The translations under genes and the position numbers were made by a program. This document shows positions 10,801-20,999 of a stretch of DNA of 64,000 nt, one piece after another. The notes under the pieces are model-generated. The model saw only the letters and a list, made by a program, of their open reading frames with translations, was not told the DNA's origin and ran no database searches. Source of the DNA: Takakia lepidozioides (lineage: Eukaryota; Plantae; Bryophyta); NCBI GenBank assembly GCA_030704615.1, contig CM060733.1:24862001-24926000 (forward strand), written 5' to 3'. Within the stretch, counting starts at the first letter, position 1. Each line of letters begins with the position of its first letter.

Positions 10801-11912
10801 GCCCGTTGTTGGCCAGCAAATGAAGGGAGAGACCCCTGCATCTGAGGTCCTCTCTGCCCTTCCCTGAGCTTCACCTGAGCCCCCTTGTTGCCTTGAGCAC
10901 GTTGAGGTAGTGGTTGGCTAGGAGCACCACTACCCCGTGGTGTCTCCTTAGCAAATCCCACCATGACCACTCGTTCCTCCACCATGTTGAGCTCTATCCG
11001 CTCTGCCAGCAAAAACACATTTGCTAAGGTGGGTTGGGCCGCTTGTAGGAGAGTTGCATCCCGCACCCTTCTCCTCAGCTCCTTGTCCAATATCCCATAC
11101 CAGAATTGGACTGCCTGAGCTTCCGTAACCCCTTGGGTTACATTTATCAAGCGCCTCATGCGAGTGAAAGCCTCCCTCAAGCTCTCGGTCGGCTTCCGTT
11201 GGAACTCTTGCAAGCTCCGCAACTTCTCTGTCCTCACCCCTTGGTAGTTCCCTCTCAACTCTTCGAAGAACTCCACAACAGGGTTGAAGGCAGGCACGGG
11301 TGCTAGTGCTGGTGCGGTAGTGGCTTGGGTGGACGTCGTAGCTACTGTACCACCAGTCCCACTGCTACTTGCTGAAGCTGCCGGTGCAGCGGCAGGTGTA
11401 GCCACTGCCCTCGTGGCTCTAGTGCCCCTAGTGATGGAGACATAGTCGGGTGACCAGTACATCCTCCACTCCTCGATCTCAACCTCATGCCCCCGCCTGA
11501 ACTCATGGTAATCATCCATAGGCGGCCCCTCAAGGTGCTGAAACAGCCCTTTCCATGCCATGAACGGCGTAAATAGTTGTGGATTGCGCATTTGCTGCAA
11601 ATCACACCAACTATCAAACTCTTGGATAAAATCATCCAACTCAATGGTGCCCACCGCCCCAGAGTACCTTCGTGGCCCCTTGGTAGCTCCATACATCTCC
11701 TCCATTGTGTCCCACAACAATGGCAAAGAAACAACTTGCACCGCCGGTATGAGCCCTCCTGATTCACAATCCGAATCAGAACCTTCCGTGGAAGACACAG
11801 GAGGTGAAGGTGGCCTAAACCGCACACCTCGTCTCGTGTACCCACTAGTATCGCTAGTGCTCGAACCGGCACTGTCCCCAGCAACTAGTGGCACCTCCGT
11901 GTTGACACTCAA
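7854..11912 (-). CDS. Gag (capsid + two Zn knuckles)-aspartyl protease-DNMT3-like cytosine-5 DNA methyltransferase polyprotein, 1352-aa open frame
   Basis: Knuckles at 10663-10790; LLDSGA at ~9693-9707; MTase motifs I (LDLFGGI), IV (GWPCQ, 8703-8711), VI (ENV, 8571-8579), VIII (HRPRLWWTN), IX (ERAMGF), X (LGQAM) over ~8020-8987. Confidence 0.93.
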   Translation of the reverse strand: MSVNTEVPLVAGDSAGSSTSDTSGYTRRGVRFRPPSPPVSSTEGSDSDCESGGLIPAVQVVSLPLLWDTMEEMYGATKGPRRYSGAVGTIELDDFIQEFDSWCDLQQMRNPQLFTPFMAWKGLFQHLEGPPMDDYHEFRRGHEVEIEEWRMYWSPDYVSITRGTRATRAVATPAAAPAASASSSGTGGTVATTSTQATTAPALAPVPAFNPVVEFFEELRGNYQGVRTEKLRSLQEFQRKPTESLREAFTRMRRLINVTQGVTEAQAVQFWYGILDKELRRRVRDATLLQAAQPTLANVFLLAERIELNMVEERVVMVGFAKETPRGSGAPSQPLPQRAQGNKGAQVKLREGQRGPQMQGSLPSFAGQQRADVVCWTCGGPHVKKDCPEGGKGSAHAQPAQLQCGHCGKHGHGEAQCYGLHPELRPGQFQGNNGGRGRGGAAQRGRGGQPRGAGQGQAQRGQGRGGQGVDQGMANRLQQLEQRLAAMATAQVVPALRPDGPPPAPEGGDMGGMGFMCGAALPLVQVESAAAVTRGAARVPEPRGAEVELDPQRGEASRQARLPQSFTLAETVSTPSMAPSSRPTVTEAEVTMPLGRATRVAPLPSVAKATAASVLLGAATSVCQAPLFSATMIATPGVRPAEVFRLAATLCESGEVTSSSAEIVGGVVPEGSSDLRVKTATAAPWQAAAARLMELPARPAIERAMVTPGVVMLDNQDGIFCLSGPAGKRYRPLRVLLDSGAQPLMLGRAAIAGLGLTEADMEPCPFQIQTSLGGSEQARGMTRRELAIRLRPDHPTDGSVMRAKAIVTDAVSYDVLVGGAVLYPMGFTLDFWEESASYRPAWQSGEGRRVQLPVTFIGGVAVAQRGKMPTLAAFTAAVSWPRELLEGNAHSEDVPPPGEQDDMYGMAELPTMVAQTPLWGTSKDLQRDADRRVQQAWVEAFVPSGEEESVGIAPGPPQLSPLDTTPIVWQYPDEGICLLDLFGGISTGLAAVLQAGVRVRRYLYVERDETARRVSLRHVAQLVQRYPELLSVSAIRGYQQALPADISLLGAQDLERVGSIDLVVAGWPCQGHSSAGHGNGLRDSRSGLFWEMVRVLRHLQLHQAVSPAYILENVPLMGDSRARVMASVHQVRSWLGSAVLLDAATVGSRAHRPRLWWTNMMPPALLKRAFDGVQRPAHLTVDNILDTGRQSQRVRHDDRSPLAVVNKVGQPRAALPTLLSFPGSHAFRDSGPGLLWDAQLQQLVEPNADERERAMGFTTGTTAVSSLSEASRRQVLGQAMDLNCLTWIISLALAEQRRVRNTLPLNGLSAYRDGTGSEWGRAYEDHGVHASMAHVGGARGSEGVGSQGGCDG

Positions 11913-12184
11913 CCGGTCATGAACATGTCCCTAACCCCTCTCCACAAGGTAACCGGGTAGAGAACCTGTTGCGGCTTATGGTTTGGAATACTAAGTTCCT
12001 AACATAGCCTACACCTGAACTTGCATGACCATGGGAATATCATGAAGATACTCCTCAAACCGCCCTCCACGAGCTTCAAAATTCGGCCTTCCAGACCACA
12101 TGCCAGTCCTTAGTCCACCAGTGCCTCCACGAGTCAGCACAGGCCATCCACAGGTCAACACGGGCCACACAGACCAGCACAGGC

Positions 12185-13665
12185 CCACACAGCTCACTGG
12201 TCACAGCCGTCACAGTCCCACAGGCCACTGGGCACAGCCTGTCACAGCCCCTCACAGCTCGTCACAGCCTCAAAGGCCTCAGGCATAGCCTGTCACAGCC
12301 CCCCTCACAGCCCGTCACAGCCCCAAAGGCCTCAGGCACGGCCTGTCACAGCCCCTCACAGCCCGTCACAGCCCCAAAGGCCATGGGCACGGCCTGTCAC
12401 AGCCCCTCACAGCCCGTCACAGCCTCAAAGGCCTCAGGCACGGCCTGTCACAGCCCCTCACAGCCCGTCACAGCCCCAAAGGCCTCAGGCATGGCCTGTC
12501 ACAGCCCCTCACAGCCCGTCACAGCCCCAAAGGCCTCAGGCACGGCCTGTCACAGCCCCTCACAGCCCGTCACAGCCTCAAAGGCCTCAGGCACGGCCTG
12601 TCACAGCCCCTCACAGCCCCAAAGGCCTCAGGCACGGCCTGTCACAGCCCCTCACAGCCCATCACAGCCCCAAAGGCCATGGGCACAGCCTGTCACAGCC
12701 CGTCACAGCCCCACAGGCCTCAGGGCACAGCCTGTCACAGCCCCGCACAGCCCGTCACAGCCCCAAAGGCCACTGGGCACAGCCTGACACAGCCTGACAC
12801 AGCCCGTCACAGCCCCACAGGGCATAGGGCACAGCCTGTCACAGCCCATCACAGCCCATCACAGCCTCAAAGGCCTCAGGCAAGGCCTGTCACAGCCCCT
12901 CACAGCCCATCACAGCCCCAAAGGCCATGGGCACAGCCTGTCACAGCCCGTCACAGCCCCACAGGCCTCAGGCACGGCCTGTCACAGCCCCTCACAGCCC
13001 GTCACAGCCCCAAAGGCCATGGGCACGGCCTGTCACAGCCCTCACAGCCCGTCACAGCCTCAAAGGCCTCAGGATCGGCCTGTCACAGCCCCTCACAGCC
13101 CGTCACAGCCCCAAAGGCCTCAGGCACGGCCTGTCACAGCCCCTCACAGCCCGTCACAGCCCCAAAGGCCATGGGCACGGCCTGTCACAGCCCCTCACAG
13201 CCCGTCACAGCCTCAAAGGCCTCAGGCACGGCCTGTCACAGCCCCTCACAGCCCGTCACAGCCCCAAAGCCATGGGCACGGCTGTCACAGCCCCTCACAG
13301 CCCGTCACAGCCTCAAAGGCCTCAGGCACGGCCTGTCACAGCCCCTCACAGCCCGTCACAGCCTCAAAGGCCTCAGGCACGGCCTGTCACAGCCCCTCAC
13401 AGCCCGTCACAGCCCCAAAGGCCTCAGACACGGCCTGTCACAGCCCTCGCAACCCCTCACAGCCGTCACAGCCCCAAAGGCCACTAGGCACAGCCTGTCA
13501 CAGCCTGACACAGCCCGTCACAGCCCCACAGGGCACAGGGCACAGCCTGTCACAGCCCATCACAGCCCATCACAGCCTCAAAGGCCTCAGGCACGGCCTG
13601 TCACAGCCCGTCACAGCCCGTCACAGCTCGCCACAGCCTGACACAGCCCGTCACAGCCCCACACA
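12185..13665. repeat. 1.5-kb minisatellite in the element 2 leader: 51-bp unit built from 10-bp TCACAGCCC subunits
   Basis: Consensus GGCACGGCCTGTCACAGCCCCTCACAGCCCGTCACAGCCCCAAAGGCCTCA. Confidence 0.95.
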
Positions 13666-15185
13666 TGGCCGCTCTGGCAGTTTAGCCATTTCTCCAAGGG
13701 GTTTAGCCACGCCAAGCTAGGGTTTGTGTCTCTTGGACTCTAGGCTTCTTTCCACCGAGCTATGGTGGCTGTGAGGAAATCAGCAAGGTATCCTTGCTCT
13801 TTCGGCTCCCACACACCACCATAGTAGCCCTAAGCCATGAGGTGGTTGCCACAAACCAAGCCTTCTTTCTCACTTAGCCTCCCCAAACACGCCACTAAAC
13901 TCAATGGCAAACAACCAAGCCCTGCTGGTTCCCAGCCCTTGTGAGCACTCATTCAAGCACTCCCTCATTGGCCATAGCATCTGTCTTAGAGCCTATTCCA
14001 GCCCTCTACACCTGTTGCTTCAAGAGTTGCGCTCCCTTCAAGCTTGAAGTTGAAACCCCAACTCACATAGGCCCTACAAGTGTTGTTCTTTCACTCCAAG
14101 TGGAAACCAGCCCTAGACCTTCCGTTCTAGCTCTCTAAGGCTTGAAAACAAGAGCCTCAATGGGCTGAAGGCATGCTCCACACATGCCCCACTCTCACCA
14201 TAAGAGAATCAGCTCCTTTGCTTCATTTCTTGCACCCACAAACCTGATAATACAAGCTTCAGCAGGCTGAAAGCATGCTCTACATGCCCTACAGGGAAAC
14301 CAGCCCCTTCCTTCCTTTCTTGCACTCCCACATCTAAAAGTGCAAGCCTTCACCAGGCTGATAGCATGCTCCACACATACATTGCCCTCACATAAGGGAA
14401 GTCAGCCCTTCCCTCTTCCTTGCTTGCCCTCCAAGCTTGAAGATGGAAGCTTCAATGAGCTGAATACATGCTCCACACATGCAACCTCTTCACACAAGAG
14501 ATATCAGCCCCCTATCTTGGCTCCTTGGCTCCTTGATGCTCTCTAGACAAGACTAAGCACTCCATAGCCTTTGCCAAGCTCCTGAAACCCTAAGGCTTAC
14601 ATTTCCAGCCACAAGACACTTCTCTTGTGGTGCAAGAACTCTTCTTCCAAGCTCTGAAACCCTAGGTGCACATTCCATGGCCTTGCCGCACCTCTTAGCT
14701 CCTGTTCCAGCCCTGCTCTTGCCATGACAAGAGCCCTCTCAATGCTGAAGCTCGAGATTGAAACCCAATCTCACCATACTCCACAAAGTGCACTGATTTG
14801 CCCCAAGCAAAATCAGCCCTTTCGCTTGGTCTTGCAATCCTTCACACAATGAAAGCTCGCATTCCCAAGTCCAGTTCTCAGCTTTGCCACCAAAGCCACT
14901 ATAACCTGCTCTTGACTGGTCCTCTTCCCAATCGTGCTTGCTCATGCATGTACACAATCTGGAAACCATCAAGGTGCTCTGGAATTACCTGCAGCATGGT
15001 GCTTTCATCTCTGAAGCTGAAGATCGAATGCCAAGGTCTACCACCTCGTAACCCACATCGCCTCCGCTTCTAACAACTAAGAGCTCCACGGTGCTCCTTG
15101 CATAACAACTTGGTTTCTCTCATTCTCAAGCAAAAACCACAAGTGCTACAACTAACTCGTATCTGGCACTCACAGATACGAGCTG

Positions 15186-15197
15186 ATCTTTCTCGAG
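15186..15197 (-). promoter_or_regulatory. Putative self-priming PBS of element 2
   Basis: Sense CTCGAGAAAGAT directly after the A1 end; complementary to 15363-15374 inside A1; lacks the TGG start of a tRNA-type PBS. Confidence 0.75.
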
Positions 15198-15524
15198 TGA
15201 TAAAGAAGAAGAATACAAGCACAAGCTCATGCGAGCTCACAAAGCTGAAGCATAAACTCATGCATATATAACCTCATCACTCAAATACAAGTCAAGCCAA
15301 GTGCACCCCACGCCATGGGGAATCCACACTACGGCGCCATAGCTAGGCGCGGTGAGGCTCAACTCGAGAAAGATGAGCCTCCCGCGCTTGCCGTGAAGAT
15401 AACCACTCCAGGGCCTAAATCTGCCTTGACCCCTGGATTGACACTTGGGCCAATCCCAAATGTCAATATGTAAAAGATAGCTATTTCCTAGCTAGTTTCA
15501 CACTGGTGGTAAAATAACTTGACA
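15198..15524 (-). repeat. 5' terminal repeat A1 (327 bp) of element 2
   Basis: Matches 3838-4156; followed by TSD CATG. Confidence 0.95.
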
Positions 15525-15767
15525 CATGCTTCCACACACATAAGACTTCCTCGTTACAATCCTTGCAAGATCTTGTGACTCAAGAGCTTTCTTCTCAAGC
15601 TCTCCAACTCCTTGGTGCATGCAATACTCGAGCACCTTTCCTTGCAACCCCTTGCAAGCTTTGTGATACAAGAGCTAAATTCTCCTAGCTCTCAACCTCT
15701 TTAAAATACAAGTGCAAAACTAATCCTTACACTCTGCACTCACAAGCATAAGGTCATCTTCTTGTAG

Positions 15768-16188
15768 TGATAAGAGATGAGAAATGAGAGAAGTAGAAGA
15801 CAATGAAAGCTCTCAAAGCATGAAGCAATCACATGAAGAACAAACCCTAGTCCTTCCAAGTGAAATCCACTCTATCACATAAACTAAGTCAAGCCAAGGG
15901 CACCTTTGCTAAAGGAATCCACCCTACAAAGCCCTCAACACACTCCCTCTCAATACCTAGAGCTATGGAGGTGAGAGAAGCTCATGGAGGCTCAACTACA
16001 AGAAGATGAGCCTCCTCAACACTCACAAGGGGAAAACCTATCTCCATGTCTCAAGTGAGGCTCGATACCTCACTTGGCATGTGAGACCAAATGAAGTCCC
16101 AACACACAAAATATAAATATAAATATCTAAAATGTCATAGTTAACTAGAAGTAGGTAATTCTAGATAACCATGACTAAAACCATGACA
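15768..16188 (-). repeat. 5' terminal repeat (A-type) of element 1, with PBS at 15754-15767
   Basis: Sense TGTCATG...TTATCA; same GAGGCTCA/TGAGCCTC hairpin; abuts the gag of element 3. Confidence 0.8.
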
Positions 16189-16340
16189 CGACGCTCGAAT
16201 GGATTATGCCTTTATTGCGGAGAAAATGATCACATGACATTAAACTGCCCCAACAATAGAAGATTCAAAGCTCGGGGCACCACTCAAGTGTTCGATACGA
16301 GGAGGTCGGAAAACGAAGATGTCCAGTCACAGTAGGGACC

Positions 16341-19300
16341 ATGCGGCTGGACACCCCAAATTCCTCACAAAAAAAAAATCTTTTTCTACCTCCAGACCCT
16401 GTATCTTGTTTCACAGTTCCAGTAAAGATCAGAATGCAAAATCGAGATATCTGCGTAGAAGCACTTTTGGACTCGGGCGCTTCAACGTGTTTTATTGACA
16501 AAGACTTTGCGAAGCAACACAATTTAACACTCGTAAGAAAGAAATTCTCGGCCCCTGTTGAAGTTATCGATGGACGACCGTTAGCATCAGGAAATGTTGA
16601 CCATGAAACTCGACCCCTTGAAGTGAAGCTTAAAAATCAAGCATCACAGATTGTTTTCAATGTCATCCAATCTCCAACGAATCATGTGATCCTTAAACGT
16701 CCCTGGTTTGTACTTCATAATCCTGACATCGACTGGCAATCACGAAAAATTTCGGCAAGACAAAAATGTAAAAGTACCAAAGGTATCCAACCCCTGTTTC
16801 TTGGAGCTAGAGCCTTCATGAGAGCTACCAAAAAGAAGGCGGCATTTGCACTTTATGCGACTCCGATCAAGACCACAACAGACAAAGGTACTTCAACATT
16901 ACCCGCTCAATATCAAGATTTCAAAGATGTATTCGAGAAGAAAAATGCAGACATATTGCCAGAACATCGACCTTATGACTGTGCAATTGAGTTACAAGAA
17001 GGAGCCCAACCATCATTCGGCCCAATCTATAACGTATCCCAGACGGAGTTGGCTGCATTACGCGAATACATTGATGAAAATTTGTCAAAGCACTTCATCC
17101 GACATTCCAAATCACCCGCGGGGGCGCCTATCTTGTTTGTGAAAAAGAAGGGCGGATCATTACGCATGTGTATCGACTATCGCGGTCTCAACAAAGTCAC
17201 AATCAAGAATCGTTATCCATTGCCGCTGATTTCTGGGCTTCTCGACCAGTTGGTACGAGCGAAGATTTTCACCAAAATCGACTTGAGAGGAGCTTATAAC
17301 CTTGTACGGATAAAAGAAGGAGACGAATGGAAAACAACTTTTCGAAGTCTTACAAATGCTCCAGCAATTTTCCAACATATGATGAATGACATCTTTTGAG
17401 AATTTTTAGATGACTTTGTAATCATCTATTTGGACGACATTTATATATTTTCACATAACGAAGAAGAACATGGTTGTCATGTACGCCTTGTCCTTGATAA
17501 ATTAAGAGAAAGCAGACTATATGTCAAGTTGGAGAAATGTTTTTTCCATCAATCCGAAGTCGAATTTATGGGCTACATTATTTCCGACAAATGCGTCTTT
17601 ATGGATTAGAAGAAAATACAAACCATCATCGAGTGGATTAAACCAACTTCGGTCCGAGATGTACAATGTTTTTTGGGTTTTGCAAATTTCTATAGAATCT
17701 TCATCAATGACTACTCCAAAATTGCTGCATCATTGACACGACTCACAAGGAAGGACAAATTTGTATAGGACGATAAGGCTGACCAGACATTTAAAAGGCT
17801 GAAGCAGACATTTATAATGGCTCCAATACTGGTACATGCAGACTCATCTAAACCATTCTTCTTATAAGCAGATGCATCGGACTTTGCACTTGGCGCGGTA
17901 CTCTCACAATACGGTACAGATGGCCGACTCCACCCTATTGGTTTTCGTTCTCGCAAATTTTCCGCTGCGAAGATCAATTATAAAATCCATGACAAAGAAC
18001 TTCTAGCGATTATCGATGTTTTTGATGAGTGGCGTCATCTATTGGAGGGAGCTAAACATCAGGTCACTGTCTATACCGATCACAAAAACCTCGAATATTT
18101 TATGAGTGCTCGTGTTTTGAATCGACGTCAAGCGAGACGGAGTATGTCACTAGCAAGGTTTGATTTTGTTATTACCTACCGTCCTGGACATCTTCAAGGA
18201 AAACCAAATGCTCTTTTTCGACGATCGTATCTTGTGCCAAAAGAAGGGGATGCAGCTTTTGACCAACAGAAATCCATCATCTTGAAACCAGCAAATCTCC
18301 AATTGAATATGCTATCCATGTCCACCTATGACGATGCCGAGATCATAAAGGAGATTCAGGAAGCACTGAAGAGCGACCAATTCACTATGATACTACGAAA
18401 TCAACTAAATCGATCTCGAGACAACCCACATGTTACAAACGACTTCGAGTTCAAAGATGACTTATTTTATTTTAAGGGACTTCTCTATGTATCTCTAGGA
18501 CCTACACGACTTCGAATTCTTTAAACATGTCATGATCTTCCGGCTGCAGAACATTTCGGCTTCAACAAAATAATAGAATTGATATTCAGGGACTATTGGT
18601 GGCCGCAGATGTGGAAACTCGTGAAAGAATTTATAAAATCTTGCAACACGTGTGCTAGAGCGAAGGGACCACGACATCGACCTTACGGCCTTCTTCAACC
18701 ATTACCCATTCCCAAGGGTCCATGGTTGTCCGTGTCTATGGACTTTATTACGGACCTTCCAATCTCCAAGACCACTTATTCAATCCTTGTTATTGTAGAT
18801 CGTTTTATGAAGATGGCACTGGCGACGAAACTGCAAGATTCTTCCTCAATAATATCTACCGCATTCATGGACTCCCGAAGGACATCGTATCTGATCGAGG
18901 ACCACAATTCATATCAAATTTCTGGAGGGGATTATTTCACATATTGGATACTAAGATCAACATTTCTACAGCTAATCATCCACAGACTGATGGTCAAACC
19001 GAACGTGTAAACCAGATTTTGGAGTAGTATCTTCGCTATACGATAAATTATCACCAAGATAATTAGACGGACCTTCTGTCATTGGCTGAGTTTGCCTACA
19101 ACAATACAATACTTTCTTCGACCAAACAAACTCCATTTTTCTCCAATTATGGTCATCATCCTCGAGCAAACCCTTTCCACATGAAGACTGTTGGAAGCCC
19201 TGCTGAAGAAAACTTTGCTACTCATCTGGCTACGATTCACAATGAGCTTACATCTCACCTCGTAGAAGCTCAAAAACAATACAAGGAGTATGCAGATCAA

Positions 19301-19765
19301 CGTCGCCAACTCCAACCCCAGTTCAAGGTCGGAGATCGTGTGTGGCTTCTTCGACGAGACATACAAACCTCGCGACCATCAAGGAAGTTGGATTATCAAC
19401 GCCTGGGACCATTCAAAATTATTCGACAAATAAATCCGGTCAGTTTTCGGCTTGAATTCCCACGAAGTATGCGCATCCATCCAGTCTTTCATGTTTCATT
19501 ATTGGAGTTGTATCATCCATCGAATATTCCAGGGAGAGTCTCCGTACCACCTCCACCAGTCGAAGTCAATCAGAAAATTGAGTATGAAGTCGACGAAGTC
19601 CTAGACTCTCGTATCAAGTATAAACGTCTTGAGTATTTCGTACATTGAAAATGCTACGACATCAGCGAACGAACGTGGGAACCTTCATCCAACCTCACCA
19701 ATGCATATGACAAAGTCCAAGAGTTTCATCAACGATATCTAGCTAAGCCCCGAGTTACACGTCAA
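16341..19765 (+). pseudogene. pol pseudogene (PR-RT-RH-IN-chromodomain) of element 3
   Basis: ORFs 16341-17399, 18042-18524, 18579-19027, 19082-19648; many nonsense codons. Confidence 0.92.
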
Positions 19766-19914
19766 TAAGACGTCAAAACGATAATGTCAGCCAAGTTAGC
19801 TTCAAGGTGAAGATTTCACATTCAATGTACCTGATACACGCTAAGGAGGGATGAGCACCACACATCAGTATATATAGCTACACTTCTAGCACTCTTGTAT
19901 CTTGTATTGGCAGT

Positions 19915-20364
19915 ATGGAGTCACAGGAACCAGATACATTGGAGTTGTCGCTTACCCAGCTACCAGATCAGCCATTCCGACTCTCACGACCTTCAACATC
20001 ACGCCGACGCTCTCGAGACGATGGGCCAGCAATGCGACGTGTACTTCCTCGTCTGAACCCCGTATGACGGCAAGTAGAGCCTACTCGAAGTCTGATAATT
20101 CTGTTGGAGGTTGAGGTTTCGGACCCAGATGGCAACGAAATCATGTTTGAAGGCAGCTTCGAAAATCAGAATGCTCAAATCACTACGTGGTCCCAAGTTC
20201 AAGGTGTTGGACACTATCGATGGTTGCAGGGACCTATAAATCATTTGAATCAAGAACGAAGAGCCGAATACTTTCCAAGTACCGTTCGTCGGATTTTGGA
20301 CTTGCTTAGAGTTGGAGAAAATCCAAAATCCGATTTTACCGCTCCTCGAGGAACTCGGCGCTAG
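19915..20364 (+). pseudogene. Extra ~149-codon ORF between pol and the 3' LTR (one in-frame TGA), unknown product
   Basis: ATG 19915 in frame with ORF 20104-20364; TGA at 20065; TATATATA at ~19869. Confidence 0.55.
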
Positions 20365-20376
20365 AGGAGGGGGTGA

Positions 20377-20990
20377 TATCATGGACATAGCCCAGAAAAA
20401 CTTACTAGGAGTAAATATCAGAAGTTACCAAGTTACCGAAAATTACCATGACTTATCGTGATTTACTATGATTTACCATTACTTATCAAGTTACCGGGAG
20501 TTTATCAAATTACCAAGAGTAACTTGGGAAACTACTCAGGAAGCTTCATTTGGAGGAAACTTCTCCATCAAGATACCTCATTTGTTTAAGGAAGATTCTC
20601 CATCAAAAAACCTTTGTTTAATCTTAGAAACTTCTCCAGCAAGCAACCTCCATAGGGGAAGCTTCTTAGGGAAGCTTCTTAGTAGCCAGTATATATAGGA
20701 GGCGAGACTGGATAGTCTTCAGTCTCGCCAACACCAGTTCAAGCTACTCTTGTTTCTAGTTCCCAGTACCCTAGCCCAGTTTCTAGTATCTGGTACTCCA
20801 GTCCAGTTTCAAGCATTCCAGTATTCAAGTCGTGTTCTAATATCTTGTACTCTTGTTCATTGTTATAAAGATCGTCTTGATTCATATTTACTCATCGTGC
20901 ATTCGGCCACGCCGACCTTGACTTCTTGTCTAGCCTTGTACCTCTAGTCTTATCTCTTGTTTGTTGTCAGTCATGTTCTCATCCTTAACA
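20377..20990 (+). repeat. 3' LTR of element 3
   Basis: Follows the PPT; TATATATA plus GGCGAGACT/AGTCTCGCC hairpin at 20690-20729; ends ...AACA; homologous to 36955-37111 and 37250-37587. Confidence 0.85.
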
Positions 20991-20999
20991 CCTAGGATC

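Larger units (their letters stand above)
3649..15524 (-). mobile_element. Full-length Ty3/Gypsy retrotransposon (element 2) encoding a C5 DNA methyltransferase and a PHD finger; split direct repeats; 4-bp TSD CATG
   Basis: Sense-strand termini TGTCA...CGACA; CATG at 3645-3648 and 15525-15528; domain order gag-PR-DNMT-RT-RH-IN. Confidence 0.92.
16189..20990 (+). mobile_element. Chromovirus-type Ty3/Gypsy element 3 (5' part displaced by element 1), degenerate
   Basis: CLYCGENDHMTLNC knuckle at ~16208; PR LLDSGA; RT YLDD; RH DASD; IN; chromodomain EYEVDEVLDSR...TWEP; PPT AGAGGAGGGGG; 3' LTR. Confidence 0.92.

Noticed and set aside
12100-13720. Long + strand ORFs (GTACHSPSQPVTAPKAS repeats)
   Set aside because: Artefact of a stop-free 51-bp repeat, open in all three frames and antisense to the element
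3649-15524. Classification as a DIRS/Ngaro element because of split repeats and an MTase
   Set aside because: No tyrosine recombinase; protease, rve integrase and a TSD are present; the MTase is C5-type, not Dam-like
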